From sequence record SRR9188676_2407: a stretch of DNA of 59,319 bases. The stretch is one strand, 5' to 3'. The number at the start of each line of letters is the position of its first letter. Positions within the stretch are counted from its first letter, which is position 1. Under the pieces are notes generated by a model. The model was not told the DNA's origin, searched no databases, and was given only the letters and a program-made list of their open reading frames with translations. Positions 47,800 through 57,592 of this stretch are shown piece by piece. The translations under genes and the position numbers were made by a program.

Positions 47800-48741
47800 A
47801 TGGCTGCTATCAATCAAGTTAAGATTTTCACAGGATCATCTTCCGAATATTTAGCAAAAGAAATTGCTCGCTTTTACGGAAAAGATTTAGGTTTGTCTTC
47901 TGTTCAACGTTTTTCAGATGGTGAAATGTCACCAAGTTTTAACGAATCTATCAGAGGATGTGATGTATTCATCATTCAATCAACTTTCCCACCAGCTGAT
48001 AATATGCTGGAGCTTTTGTTAATGATTGACGGTGCTCGTCGTGCTTCTGCTCACTATGTTACGGTTGTTATTCCTTATTTCGGGTATTCTCGTCAGGATA
48101 GAAAAGACAAACCAAGAGTAGGTATCGGAGCAAAATTAGTAGCTAATTTATTAACAGCTGCTGGTGCTGATAGATTAATGACTTTAGATTTACATGCTGG
48201 ACAAATCCAAGGTTTTTTCGATTTTCCTGTAGATCATTTAGAAGGAACAGCCATTTTCGTTCCTTACTTAAAATCATTAGGATTAGATAATTTACTTTTT
48301 GCTTCTCCTGATGTTGGTGGTGTGGTTCGTACTCGTAATGTTGCTAAGTTCTTCAATGCTGAAATGGTAATTTGCGATAAACAACGTAAACGTGCTAACG
48401 AAGTAGCAACAATGCAATTAATTGGGGATGTTACTGGTGCAGACGTAGTTTTAGTCGATGACTTAATTGATACTGGCGGTACCATGTGTAAAGCTGCTCA
48501 GTTAATTATGGACAAAGGTGCAAAATCTGTAAGAGCCATCGTAACACACCCAGTACTTTCTGGAAAAGCGTATGAAAACATCAATAATTCAGTATTAACT
48601 GAGTTGGTTGTAACAGACACAATTCCATTAAGAGAAGCTAGTGATAAAATTAAAATATTATCAGTAGCAGAATTATTCGCCAAAGCGATTGGCAGAATTC
48701 GTGATCATGAATCTATCAGTTCATTATTTATAAAAAATTAA
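47800..48741 (+). CDS. prs: Ribose-phosphate pyrophosphokinase
   Basis: FSDGE, PYFGYSRQDRK, DLHAGQIQGFF, VDDLIDTGGT. Confidence 0.97.
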   Translation: MAAINQVKIFTGSSSEYLAKEIARFYGKDLGLSSVQRFSDGEMSPSFNESIRGCDVFIIQSTFPPADNMLELLLMIDGARRASAHYVTVVIPYFGYSRQDRKDKPRVGIGAKLVANLLTAAGADRLMTLDLHAGQIQGFFDFPVDHLEGTAIFVPYLKSLGLDNLLFASPDVGGVVRTRNVAKFFNAEMVICDKQRKRANEVATMQLIGDVTGADVVLVDDLIDTGGTMCKAAQLIMDKGAKSVRAIVTHPVLSGKAYENINNSVLTELVVTDTIPLREASDKIKILSVAELFAKAIGRIRDHESISSLFIKN

Positions 48742-48820
48742 TTTAAACGGTTGATTGAAGATAGTGCTCAAGGAATAATTTCCTTGAAATCGACAGGCTT
48801 TCAACACAAATCACTCAAAA

Positions 48821-49387
48821 ATGAGAAAGATTGAAATCGTAGGGTATAACAGAGAAACCCTTGGAACAAAATCAGCAAAAGATCTTCGTAACGAATCTTT
48901 AGCTCCATGTGTATTGTACGGTGGTGAAAAACAAATTCACTTTGCTGTACCAATGATTCTTTTCCGTGAATTATTATATACTCCAGAAGTATCAGAAGTA
49001 ATTTTAAATATCGAAGGTGAAATTCACCACGCTATCGTTCAAGATTCACAATTCCACCCAGTATCAGAAGTTCTTCTTCATGTCGATTTCTTAGAAATCG
49101 TTGAAGGTAAAGAAATCAAAATTGACGTTCCTGTGAAAGTTATTGGTGATGCACCAGGCGTTCGTAAAGGGGGTAAAATGGTTCAAAAATTACGTAAAGT
49201 AACTTTGAAAGGTTTATCAGACAATATTCCTGATTTTATCGAAGCTGATATTACTGGCTTAGACTTAGGACAAACATTGAAAGTGGCTAAATTGAAGGCT
49301 GAAAACGTTGCGATTTTAAATAATCCTTCGGCTCCAGTTGCTACAATTGACATCCCACGTGCTTTAAGAGGAAAAATTAACTCATAG
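48821..49387 (+). CDS. rplY: 50S ribosomal protein L25/Ctc
   Basis: PCVLYG, QFHPV...LHVDF, GVRKGG, IPDFIEADIT.L..G. Confidence 0.95.
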   Translation: MRKIEIVGYNRETLGTKSAKDLRNESLAPCVLYGGEKQIHFAVPMILFRELLYTPEVSEVILNIEGEIHHAIVQDSQFHPVSEVLLHVDFLEIVEGKEIKIDVPVKVIGDAPGVRKGGKMVQKLRKVTLKGLSDNIPDFIEADITGLDLGQTLKVAKLKAENVAILNNPSAPVATIDIPRALRGKINS

Positions 49388-49424
49388 TAGTTAATTTCCA
49401 ATTTCACTGATAGGTTTTATAAAG

Positions 49425-49463
49425 AGGCTGTTTCTTCAATTTTTGAAAGAAACAGCTTTTTTT
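49425..49463. terminator. Bidirectional terminator
   Basis: GCTGTTTCTT...AAGAAACAGCTTTTTT between convergent genes. Confidence 0.75.
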
Positions 49464-49466
49464 ATG

Positions 49467-50327
49467 TTATTTTGAGAGCTTTTCTAAAGCTAGTTTAATT
49501 AAATTATCAACCGTCCTTTCAGGATTTTTAGCAAATTCGTTCGTCATTCTACTGGCAAGAATAGCACTGATTGATAATACTTCATGACCTAGCACTTTCC
49601 CCATTAAATAATAGCCTGCCGTTTCCATTTCAAGATTAGTCAATAATATATTATTCTGTCTGAATGAATTAAATTTATCTAACAGATTTTCAATTTTAGG
49701 ACTATATCTTAAAATTCTACCTTGAGGAGCATAAAATCCTGGACAAGTAACGGTATTGCCTTCAAACCAATCGACTGGAGAATCTTCCATAAACAGGTTA
49801 TACAAAGGCTCACTTCCTGTATTAGCATAAGGCATAAAATCTAAAGCAAAATACTTTTTGATAGATTCTGTGATAGAATTGTTTTGAGAAGTATAAAAAT
49901 AGCCTAGTGCATCAAAGCCAATACCTAGTTTAGAAACTACGATGCTTTCCATAGGAATCTCTTTTTGTAAGCTGCCAGAGGTGCCTAGCCTAATAATATT
50001 TAAGGATTTATGTTGATCAAATGGTGTTCTCGTTGTTAAATCAATGTTGGCTAAAGCATCAAGTTCGTTCATTAAAATTTCTATGTTATCAGTACCAATT
50101 CCACTAGAAATAACGCTAAGACGTTTTTTGCCAAGGTAGCCAGTATGAGTAACAAACTCTCGCTTATTAATTTTTACTTCAACGCTATCGAAATATTTAG
50201 AAACTTTTTCTACTCTTTCGGGGTCACCAACGGTAATGATAGTATCAGCAATATCGTCTGGACGAAGATTCAAATGATAGATACTTCCATCAGCATTTGT
50301 AATTAAATCAGTTGGTGAAATGGTCAT
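49467..50327 (-). CDS. Nucleoside (uridine) phosphorylase family protein
   Basis: YHL.L, VGDP.RV, REF.T.TG, R.GTSG, GFYAPQGR, NLEMET. Start set at ATG 50327. Confidence 0.92.
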   Translation of the reverse strand: MTISPTDLITNADGSIYHLNLRPDDIADTIITVGDPERVEKVSKYFDSVEVKINKREFVTHTGYLGKKRLSVISSGIGTDNIEILMNELDALANIDLTTRTPFDQHKSLNIIRLGTSGSLQKEIPMESIVVSKLGIGFDALGYFYTSQNNSITESIKKYFALDFMPYANTGSEPLYNLFMEDSPVDWFEGNTVTCPGFYAPQGRILRYSPKIENLLDKFNSFRQNNILLTNLEMETAGYYLMGKVLGHEVLSISAILASRMTNEFAKNPERTVDNLIKLALEKLSK

Positions 50328-50351
50328 AGTCTGGATGATTTTAAATGAAAA

Positions 50352-50389
50352 AACTAGAGGCATTGTAATTGCTACAATACCTCTAGTTG
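50352..50389 (-). terminator. Hairpin/terminator after trhO
   Basis: AACTAGAGG.ATTG...CAAT.CCTCTAGTT preceded by an A-run. Confidence 0.65.
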
Positions 50390-50412
50390 AATATACTCGT
50401 CAAATATATAAA

Positions 50413-51393
50413 TTATGCGTTTTGTTCCAAAGGGCTTTTTGTTAATTTTCTACTTTTGAATCCAAATTCAGGAGTATAATTATCCGACAGCTTAGAGTAA
50501 TATCCTTTTACATTATAAGGGCGTTTGCGTGGATGATTTTTACATGCTACAGAACAAGCTCCATCCATTTCTAACAAACAAGTAGCACAAATAGGTAAAT
50601 GCTCATTACATTCTGGATTAGCACAGTTTACCATATCTTCTGTATCAGTTTTACAGATATGGCATTTTGAGATAATAACAGGGTTTACAGTATTTACTTC
50701 TGTTTTTACTCTGTTATCAAATACATAACATTTTCCTTCAAAATCTTCTCCACCTTCTTCTAAACCATATTTAATAATTCCGCCATGTAATTGATAAACA
50801 TTTTCGAAACCACGCTCAATTAAATAAGCAGAAGCTTTTTCACATTTTATGCCACCAGTGCAATAAGTAATGATTTTTTTATCTTTCAAATGTTCAATCT
50901 CTTGCACGTGTTCAGGCAATTCACGAAGCGTTTCCATATCAAATGTTACTGCTCCTTTGAATTTTCCTATGCTGTGTTCATAATTAGAACGCATATCAAC
51001 TAAAACAACATCAGGGTCATTCTTCAACATTTCTTTGAAATCTGCTGGCTCTAAATGCTTTCCTGTTCTTACTCTTGGGTCAACGGGTAAATCAGAATTG
51101 ACAATTTCTTCTTTTACTCTTACATGAAGTTTCGCAAAAGCGTGTTCTTCGTGCTCTTCAACTTTAAAGTCGAAATTAGAACCTGCAAAAATTGGGTCAT
51201 TTTCTAACCAATTCATGTAACGTTCGCAGTCTTCAGCCAAACCAGAAACTGTACCGTTTAGTCCTTCAGAAGCAACAATGATACGACCTAATAAACGATT
51301 TTCTAAACAAAATAGATGATGCTTTTCTCGATAAGTATCCGCATCAGGGATAGGAGTGTAATTATAATAAAGAATTACTCTGTATGGCTTCAT
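50413..51393 (-). CDS. trhO: Rhodanese-related tRNA uridine(34) hydroxylase TrhO (YceA/UPF0176)
   Basis: GRI.VA.EG.NGT, DMRSNYE..G.F, YCTGGIKCEKAS, GKCYVFDNR. Start set at ATG 51393. Confidence 0.9.
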   Translation of the reverse strand: MKPYRVILYYNYTPIPDADTYREKHHLFCLENRLLGRIIVASEGLNGTVSGLAEDCERYMNWLENDPIFAGSNFDFKVEEHEEHAFAKLHVRVKEEIVNSDLPVDPRVRTGKHLEPADFKEMLKNDPDVVLVDMRSNYEHSIGKFKGAVTFDMETLRELPEHVQEIEHLKDKKIITYCTGGIKCEKASAYLIERGFENVYQLHGGIIKYGLEEGGEDFEGKCYVFDNRVKTEVNTVNPVIISKCHICKTDTEDMVNCANPECNEHLPICATCLLEMDGACSVACKNHPRKRPYNVKGYYSKLSDNYTPEFGFKSRKLTKSPLEQNA

Positions 51394-51672
51394 CTTCAAC
51401 ATGAGTTTACAGCGTGAATGTATTCTTATCAAAAAAACTTATTCGTGACCTAAAATATTTGATAAGAGATACTAAAACGAATAAGCGAGTGCAAAGATAC
51501 GAAAAAGGGGAGTTTTGACGTAGAAATTTCTAATTTCCAAAAATGCTTTTTGTCATTTTTTATGTGGAAAGAACAATTATAGGCTTTGTTTTTCAGTAGT
51601 TTAGGAGTAAAATGAGAACGAGACCATCCTTTTCAGAATAGCCTCGTTAAAATATTGCAATACCAATAAATC

Positions 51673-52998
51673 TTAATGTGTTTCATAAACCTCAACTTCT
51701 TCAACTTCCACAAGCATATTTTCATTGATGGTTGAAAGCTTTACTTTTTTAGTTTCATTAATCAAGATTGGGTCATATTTGGCAGTTACTCTGATATAAT
51801 TTTCAGTGAAACCCTGCATTTGCCCATTTTCAACATCTTCTTCAAAAAGTACTGTAAATGAATCTTCTAAATGTTCTTCGTAAAAAAATCTTCTTTTTTT
51901 ATCAGATAAAATATGAAGCATTTTTGACCTTTCAGACCTTTTACTCATTGGTACCACAGGTTTGATAGCCAATGCTGAAGTATTTTCCCTTTCTGAGTAA
52001 GTAAAAACGTGCAAATAACTGATTGGTAATTCGTTCAAGAAATTATAGGTTTCTAAAAATTCTTCGTCTGTTTCTCCTGGATGACCTACAATTACATCAA
52101 CGCCAATACAACAATTAGGCATTAATTCTTTGATTTTGGTAACTCTATCTACATAAAGCTCTCTTTTGTAGCGTCTTTTCATCAAAGCCAATACTTTATT
52201 TGAACCCGACTGCAATGGAATATGAAAATGAGGTACAAAACGTTTTGAGCTTGCTACGAAAGCTATAATTTCATCAGTCAATAAATTAGGCTCAATTGAA
52301 GAAATTCTAAAACGCTCAATGCCTTCAACTTCGTCCAAGGCTTTTACTAAGTCTAAAAAAGTATTTTCTCTTTTTCCGTTTTGAAGACCAAAATCTCCAA
52401 TATTTACGCCTGTTAAAACGATTTCTTTTACGCCACTTTCAGCAATTTCACGAGCGGCTTTTAATACATTTGCTATAGTATCTGAACGACTTCCCCCTCT
52501 AGCTAAAGGAATCGTGCAATAAGCGCAAGGATAATCACAGCCATCTTGTACTTTTAAAAAAGTACGAGTTCTGTCGTTCAATGAATATGAAGTATGGTAT
52601 TCTACAGCTTCTTCAATATTTTGATTATAGACTTTGGCTTTATTGCCCGATGGTTCTTTTACAAAACCATCTAATAAATCTATCAATTGAAATTTTTCTG
52701 CTGCACCCAATACCGCATCTACTCCTTCAATATCAGCAATTTCTTGTGGTTTTAATTGTGCATAACAACCAATGATTGTTACGTAACCATCAGGATTTAT
52801 TTTATTGGCTTCTTTTACAATTTTCTTACACTTCTTGTCAGCATTTTCGGTCACTGAACAAGTATTGATGATGAATATGTCTGGCTTTTGATTAAACTCA
52901 ACTTTTTGATAACCTTTTTGCTCAAACATTCTTGAGATGGTTGAGGTCTCAGAATAGTTAAGTTTACAGCCTAATGTATAAAATGCTACTTTTTTCAT
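51673..52998 (-). CDS. mtaB: tRNA t6A37 methylthiotransferase MtaB
   Basis: TLGCKLN.SE, INTCSVT..AD.K, KVQDGCDYPCAYC radical SAM motif, RISSIEP. Confidence 0.95.
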   Translation of the reverse strand: MKKVAFYTLGCKLNYSETSTISRMFEQKGYQKVEFNQKPDIFIINTCSVTENADKKCKKIVKEANKINPDGYVTIIGCYAQLKPQEIADIEGVDAVLGAAEKFQLIDLLDGFVKEPSGNKAKVYNQNIEEAVEYHTSYSLNDRTRTFLKVQDGCDYPCAYCTIPLARGGSRSDTIANVLKAAREIAESGVKEIVLTGVNIGDFGLQNGKRENTFLDLVKALDEVEGIERFRISSIEPNLLTDEIIAFVASSKRFVPHFHIPLQSGSNKVLALMKRRYKRELYVDRVTKIKELMPNCCIGVDVIVGHPGETDEEFLETYNFLNELPISYLHVFTYSERENTSALAIKPVVPMSKRSERSKMLHILSDKKRRFFYEEHLEDSFTVLFEEDVENGQMQGFTENYIRVTAKYDPILINETKKVKLSTINENMLVEVEEVEVYETH

Positions 52999-53095
52999 AC
53001 TGCAAAGATAGTTATCAAGATTGAAATTTATAGCTAAAAAAGTAAAAGTAGCTGGATATTAGATTCATAATTAGCTGATTATCTGATATAACAAT

Positions 53096-53124
53096 AAAAA
53101 AGCTCGACTAAATTAGCCGAGCTT
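53096..53124 (-). terminator. Terminator after GSII
   Basis: AAAAAAGCTCG.CTAAATTAG.CGAGCTT. Confidence 0.7.
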
Positions 53125-53150
53125 CCTTATTATTATATGTTGTATCAAAA

Positions 53151-54176
53151 TTAGATAACTGCAGTTTTAACAGTTTTAATGATACGAGCAGCCACTTTGT
53201 ATGGATCTGCAGCAGAGTTTGGACGACGGTCTTCTAACCATCCTTTCCATCCTTTTTGAACTGCAGCGATTGGAATACGGATTGATGCACCACGGTCAGA
53301 TACTCCATAAGAGAATTGATCGATAGATTGAGTTTCGTGTTTACCAGTCAAACGTAAGTGGTTATCAGCACCATATACTTCGATATGTTCTTTCACGAAA
53401 GGAGCGAATGCTTGACAGATAATGTCGTAAGTTTCTTTCTTACCAGCTGTTCTAAGAGCAGTGTTAGAGAAGTTAGCGTGCATACCTGAACCATTCCAGT
53501 CAGTATTACCAAGAGGTTTACAGTGATAGTTAACCCAAACACCGTATTTCTCACAAGTTCTTTCCAATAAATAACGAGCTACCCAGATTTCATCACCAGC
53601 TTGTTTAGCGCCTTTAGAGAAACATTGGAATTCCCATTGACCAGCAGCAACTTCAGCATTGATACCTTCAACGTTCAAACCAGCTTGAAGACAATATTCT
53701 AAATGCTCTTCAACGATATTACGTCCGTAAGCATTTTTAGCTCCAACTGAACAATAATATGGTCCTTGTGGACGAGGATAACCGTTTGAAGGGAAACCTA
53801 AAGGAAGATTTGTAGCTAAATCGTATAAGAAGTATTCTTGTTCAAAACCAAACCAGAAATCATTGTCATCATCTTCAATCGTAGCACGACCGTTAGACTC
53901 GTGTGGATTACCTTCAGAATCTAAAACTTCGCACATTACAAGATATGATGGAGTTCCCAATAAAGAACGCTCAGGATCTTTGCAAATGAAAACAGGTTTC
54001 AATTGACAGTCAGAAGAACCACCTGGAGCTTGTTCTGTTGATGAACCATCAAATGACCACATGTCGCAATCCTCTAATTTACCGCTAAAATTATTTTCAA
54101 TTTTAGTTTTACTACGAAGGCTCTGAGTTGGTTTGTAACCGTCCAACCAAATGTACTCAAGTTTAGCTTTTGCCAT
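53151..54176 (-). CDS. glnII: Glutamine synthetase type II
   Basis: EYIWLDG, WSFDGSST.QA.G..SD, GINAEV..GQWEFQ, DWNGSG.H.NFS, LTGKHET, EDRRP.S..DPY; 341 aa. Confidence 0.93.
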   Translation of the reverse strand: MAKAKLEYIWLDGYKPTQSLRSKTKIENNFSGKLEDCDMWSFDGSSTEQAPGGSSDCQLKPVFICKDPERSLLGTPSYLVMCEVLDSEGNPHESNGRATIEDDDNDFWFGFEQEYFLYDLATNLPLGFPSNGYPRPQGPYYCSVGAKNAYGRNIVEEHLEYCLQAGLNVEGINAEVAAGQWEFQCFSKGAKQAGDEIWVARYLLERTCEKYGVWVNYHCKPLGNTDWNGSGMHANFSNTALRTAGKKETYDIICQAFAPFVKEHIEVYGADNHLRLTGKHETQSIDQFSYGVSDRGASIRIPIAAVQKGWKGWLEDRRPNSAADPYKVAARIIKTVKTAVI

Positions 54177-54724
54177 GATTTTGTTATTGGATTTTTATTT
54201 ATTTGGTTAATTTCCTTATTTCTTGCTACAAATTTATACTTCAAAAGTTGAATTTCACAAGAAAAAAATGATTTTTATGAAATTTTTAAACATGGCTCTG
54301 TTTTTTCGATTGATTTGAACTATTCTAATGCGTCAAACAATTGCCATATTTCAATTGATGAAATTATATTTTGTTATTATCAAAATTACAATACTTTATT
54401 TTGTAAATCAAAATTTTCGCAGAATAAAATGTAAAGTTCTTGAAATAGTTAAATTTTTTCTTTAGTTATTTTAATGTTGATAAAATTGTGATATTTGAAG
54501 GTTATTCATTTTTAATAAAAAAGTTGATTTTTGGCTATTTTTTTAAATTTTAAGAGGGATTAATTAATAAAAAATAAATTTCAATTACATTTATGCGTGA
54601 GTTTATTATTTAGTGGAATTAAAAGGTAGAGATTGAAATGTAATCAGTAGTTTGCTTGAGGCTTCAGTCAAAACCCTGAGTGAAATATCCATTAACATTA
54701 AAAAAATAATCTGAAAAATTTTAT

Positions 54725-56929
54725 ATGGCAATTGCAAGATTTAAAGCACTTGAGTTAGCTCAGTCTCGTCCAACTGTACCGGTTAAAATACCGACAGAAA
54801 AAGTAACCGATTATTACGGAAGTAATACTTTTAATGATGAAGTAATGCGTTCCTTATTAAGTCCAGAAGCTTATCTGAAAATTACAAATGCGATTGAGGA
54901 TGGTAAGAAAATTGATAGAGAAGCCGCTGATGAAGTTGCAGCTGCGATGAAATCATGGGCTTTGTCGAAAGGAGTAACACATTATACACATTGGTTTCAA
55001 CCATTAACGGGTACTACTGCTGAAAAGCATGATGCTTTTTTTGACATTACGAGTAAAGGTAAAGCTGTAGAGAAATTCAAAGGTTCGGCATTAGTTCAAC
55101 AAGAACCTGATGCTTCATCTTTCCCAAATGGCGGTATTCGTTCTACTTTTGAAGCCCGTGGCTATACAGCTTGGGATCCTTCTTCTCCAGCCTTTATTAT
55201 GGAAAACGTAGCAGGTACTGCTACTTTATGTATTCCTTCGGTTTTTGTTTCTTACACTGGCGAAGCATTAGATTACAAAACACCTTTATTGAAATCAAGT
55301 GAATTGATTGATAAAGCTGCAACTAAAGTAATGAATGAATACTTTAGTCGTGAAGTATCAAAAGTTTCTGCTTCTGTTGGTATTGAACAAGAGTATTTCT
55401 TGGTAGATGAAGCATTGTACAATGCTCGTCCAGATTTGATGATGTCTGGAAGAACAGTTTTTGGACATTCGCCAGCTAAAGGACAGCAATTAGAAGACCA
55501 TTACTTTGGATCAATTCCTTCAAGAGTAAATGCTTTTATGGTTGATTTTGAATTGGAAGCTTTGAAATTAGGCATGCCAGTTCGTACTCGTCACAACGAA
55601 GTTGCTCCAGCACAATTTGAGGTTGCTCCAACTTTTGAAGAAGCAAATTTAGCTTGTGACCACAATGCTCTTTTGATGGATTTGATGAATAAAGTAGCTG
55701 CAAAACATAAAATGCGTGTGCTTTTTCATGAAAAACCATTTTCAGGTATCAACGGTTCTGGTAAACACAATAACTGGTCTTTGGCTACAGATACTGGTGT
55801 CAACCTTTTAGGGCCATCAACTAAACCAAAAGAAAACCTTCGTTTCCTTACTTTCTTTGTAAATACAATCAAGGCTGTTCACGATTATGCTGATTTATTG
55901 CGTGCTTCTATCGCAACAGCAGGGAACGAACATCGTTTAGGCGCTAATGAAGCTCCTCCAGCGATTGTTTCAATCTTCATCGGAACAGAAATGACTCGTG
56001 TATTGAACGATTTAGAAAATCTTTCAGAAATGCACGATATTAAATTAGAAAAAGGAGATAATGTTTATTTAAGATTGGGAATCAATAAAATTCCAGCACT
56101 TTTATTAGATAACACTGATAGAAATAGAACATCACCTTTTGCTTTTACAGGTAATAAATTTGAATTTAGAGCAGTTGGTTCTTCTGCCAATTCAGCAGCA
56201 CCAATGACAATCCTTAACACGATTGTGGCTAACCAATTATTACAATTCCGTGAAGAAGTGGATGTTTACTTAGAAAAAGGCATCAAAAAAGAATTAGCAA
56301 TTGTTGAAGTATTGAAAAAGTATGTAAAACAATCAAGAAAAATTCTTTTTGAAGGAAATGGTTATTCAGAGGAGTGGACAGAAGAAGCTGCCAAAAGAGG
56401 ATTGTCAAATCTAAAAACTGCTCCTGAAGCACTTAGAAAATATTTGGATAAATCGGCGATTGATTTATTCTCGAAACATGGTATTTTTAATGAAATTGAA
56501 ATGCACGCACGCTATGAAATCGAGATTGAAAATTATATCAAGAAAATCCAAATTGAATCAAGAGTTGTTGGTGATTTAGCTATTAACCATATCGTTTCAA
56601 CTTCTTTGAAGTATCAAACACAATTAGTTGATAACGTTCGTGGACAAAAAGAAATTGGTATTGATCCTCAATATTATGCTCCTACGATTGAAATCATCAA
56701 GAAAATATCTATCTATACTGCCAAAATCAACAATTTAGTTGATGAAATGACAGAAGCTAGAAAAGAGGCTAATAATGTAGAAGATACTGCTGAAAGAGCC
56801 AGACTTTACAGTACAAAAGTGAAGAATTACTTAGAGGAAATTCGTTATTGCGTAGATAAATTAGAACTTATCGTTGATGATGATGAATGGCCTTTACCAA
56901 AATACAGAGAATTATTATTGATTAGATAA
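54725..56929 (+). CDS. Glutamine synthetase type III
   Basis: THYTHWFQPLTG.TAEKHD, EPDASSFPNGG.RSTFEARGYT.WD, HRLGANEAPP, DRNRTSPFAFTGNKFEFR, WPLPKY.ELL. Confidence 0.96.
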   Translation: MAIARFKALELAQSRPTVPVKIPTEKVTDYYGSNTFNDEVMRSLLSPEAYLKITNAIEDGKKIDREAADEVAAAMKSWALSKGVTHYTHWFQPLTGTTAEKHDAFFDITSKGKAVEKFKGSALVQQEPDASSFPNGGIRSTFEARGYTAWDPSSPAFIMENVAGTATLCIPSVFVSYTGEALDYKTPLLKSSELIDKAATKVMNEYFSREVSKVSASVGIEQEYFLVDEALYNARPDLMMSGRTVFGHSPAKGQQLEDHYFGSIPSRVNAFMVDFELEALKLGMPVRTRHNEVAPAQFEVAPTFEEANLACDHNALLMDLMNKVAAKHKMRVLFHEKPFSGINGSGKHNNWSLATDTGVNLLGPSTKPKENLRFLTFFVNTIKAVHDYADLLRASIATAGNEHRLGANEAPPAIVSIFIGTEMTRVLNDLENLSEMHDIKLEKGDNVYLRLGINKIPALLLDNTDRNRTSPFAFTGNKFEFRAVGSSANSAAPMTILNTIVANQLLQFREEVDVYLEKGIKKELAIVEVLKKYVKQSRKILFEGNGYSEEWTEEAAKRGLSNLKTAPEALRKYLDKSAIDLFSKHGIFNEIEMHARYEIEIENYIKKIQIESRVVGDLAINHIVSTSLKYQTQLVDNVRGQKEIGIDPQYYAPTIEIIKKISIYTAKINNLVDEMTEARKEANNVEDTAERARLYSTKVKNYLEEIRYCVDKLELIVDDDEWPLPKYRELLLIR

Positions 56930-56946
56930 GTAAACAATAAGCCTGA

Positions 56947-56983
56947 AAATGCCCACAGCACTTTTGTGTTAGTGGGCATTTTT
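56947..56983 (+). terminator. Intrinsic terminator
   Basis: AAAATGCCCAC...GTGGGCATTTTT. Confidence 0.75.
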
Positions 56984-57017
56984 GTTATCTTTGACTCATA
57001 AATTAATCTATTGTAAT

Positions 57018-57581
57018 ATGTCATTAAAATCGAATCCGGGACTAGACCCTAAAGAAATTGAACAGTTAAAAAAGGAATGCAAAGAAGCAGGAAAGAAGTT
57101 TGTTTATTTTGAAGACGAACTGAATGATGAACCTGATAACGTTGAAGAATTTGTTCACGTTCAGTTTGTAGGTGAATACAAAGGTCAAGAAGCAATTTTT
57201 GATGCTGTTATTTACTCTCTTCGTTTGCATTACAACAGTATTGTTTATGAAACTGCCGAGCGTCAAGCGATGAAGTCGTTTCCTTTGTATGTTCCTGTAG
57301 AGAACCGTGATGAGACTTATACTTCAAATGAGGCAATGGATGAAGAAGTAGAATTGTTCATTACTGAATTGATTGAAGAAATTGAAGAAAACGAAGAAAT
57401 TAAACTTTCTGAGCATTTGGAAATTGATGAAGATTTTGAATTCGGAATCGGATTAGAAGTATGCTTGAATGTTGATGAAGTAAATGATAAAGTAGTTACT
57501 AAATTTGTGGACGATTACTTATCTGGTAACTTCAAATTAAACCCAACTTTGTTTTCTTTCAAAACAGAGGCTGAAGACTAA
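57018..57581 (+). CDS. Hypothetical highly acidic protein (187 aa)
   Basis: ATG 57018 follows a TATCTTTG promoter at 56986-56993; host-like codon usage. Confidence 0.75.
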   Translation: MSLKSNPGLDPKEIEQLKKECKEAGKKFVYFEDELNDEPDNVEEFVHVQFVGEYKGQEAIFDAVIYSLRLHYNSIVYETAERQAMKSFPLYVPVENRDETYTSNEAMDEEVELFITELIEEIEENEEIKLSEHLEIDEDFEFGIGLEVCLNVDEVNDKVVTKFVDDYLSGNFKLNPTLFSFKTEAED

Positions 57582-57592
57582 TTTCTTTATAA

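Noticed and set aside
54620-54720. Glutamine riboswitch upstream of GSIII
   Set aside because: I could not fold a convincing glnA-type aptamer; a covariance-model search would be needed.
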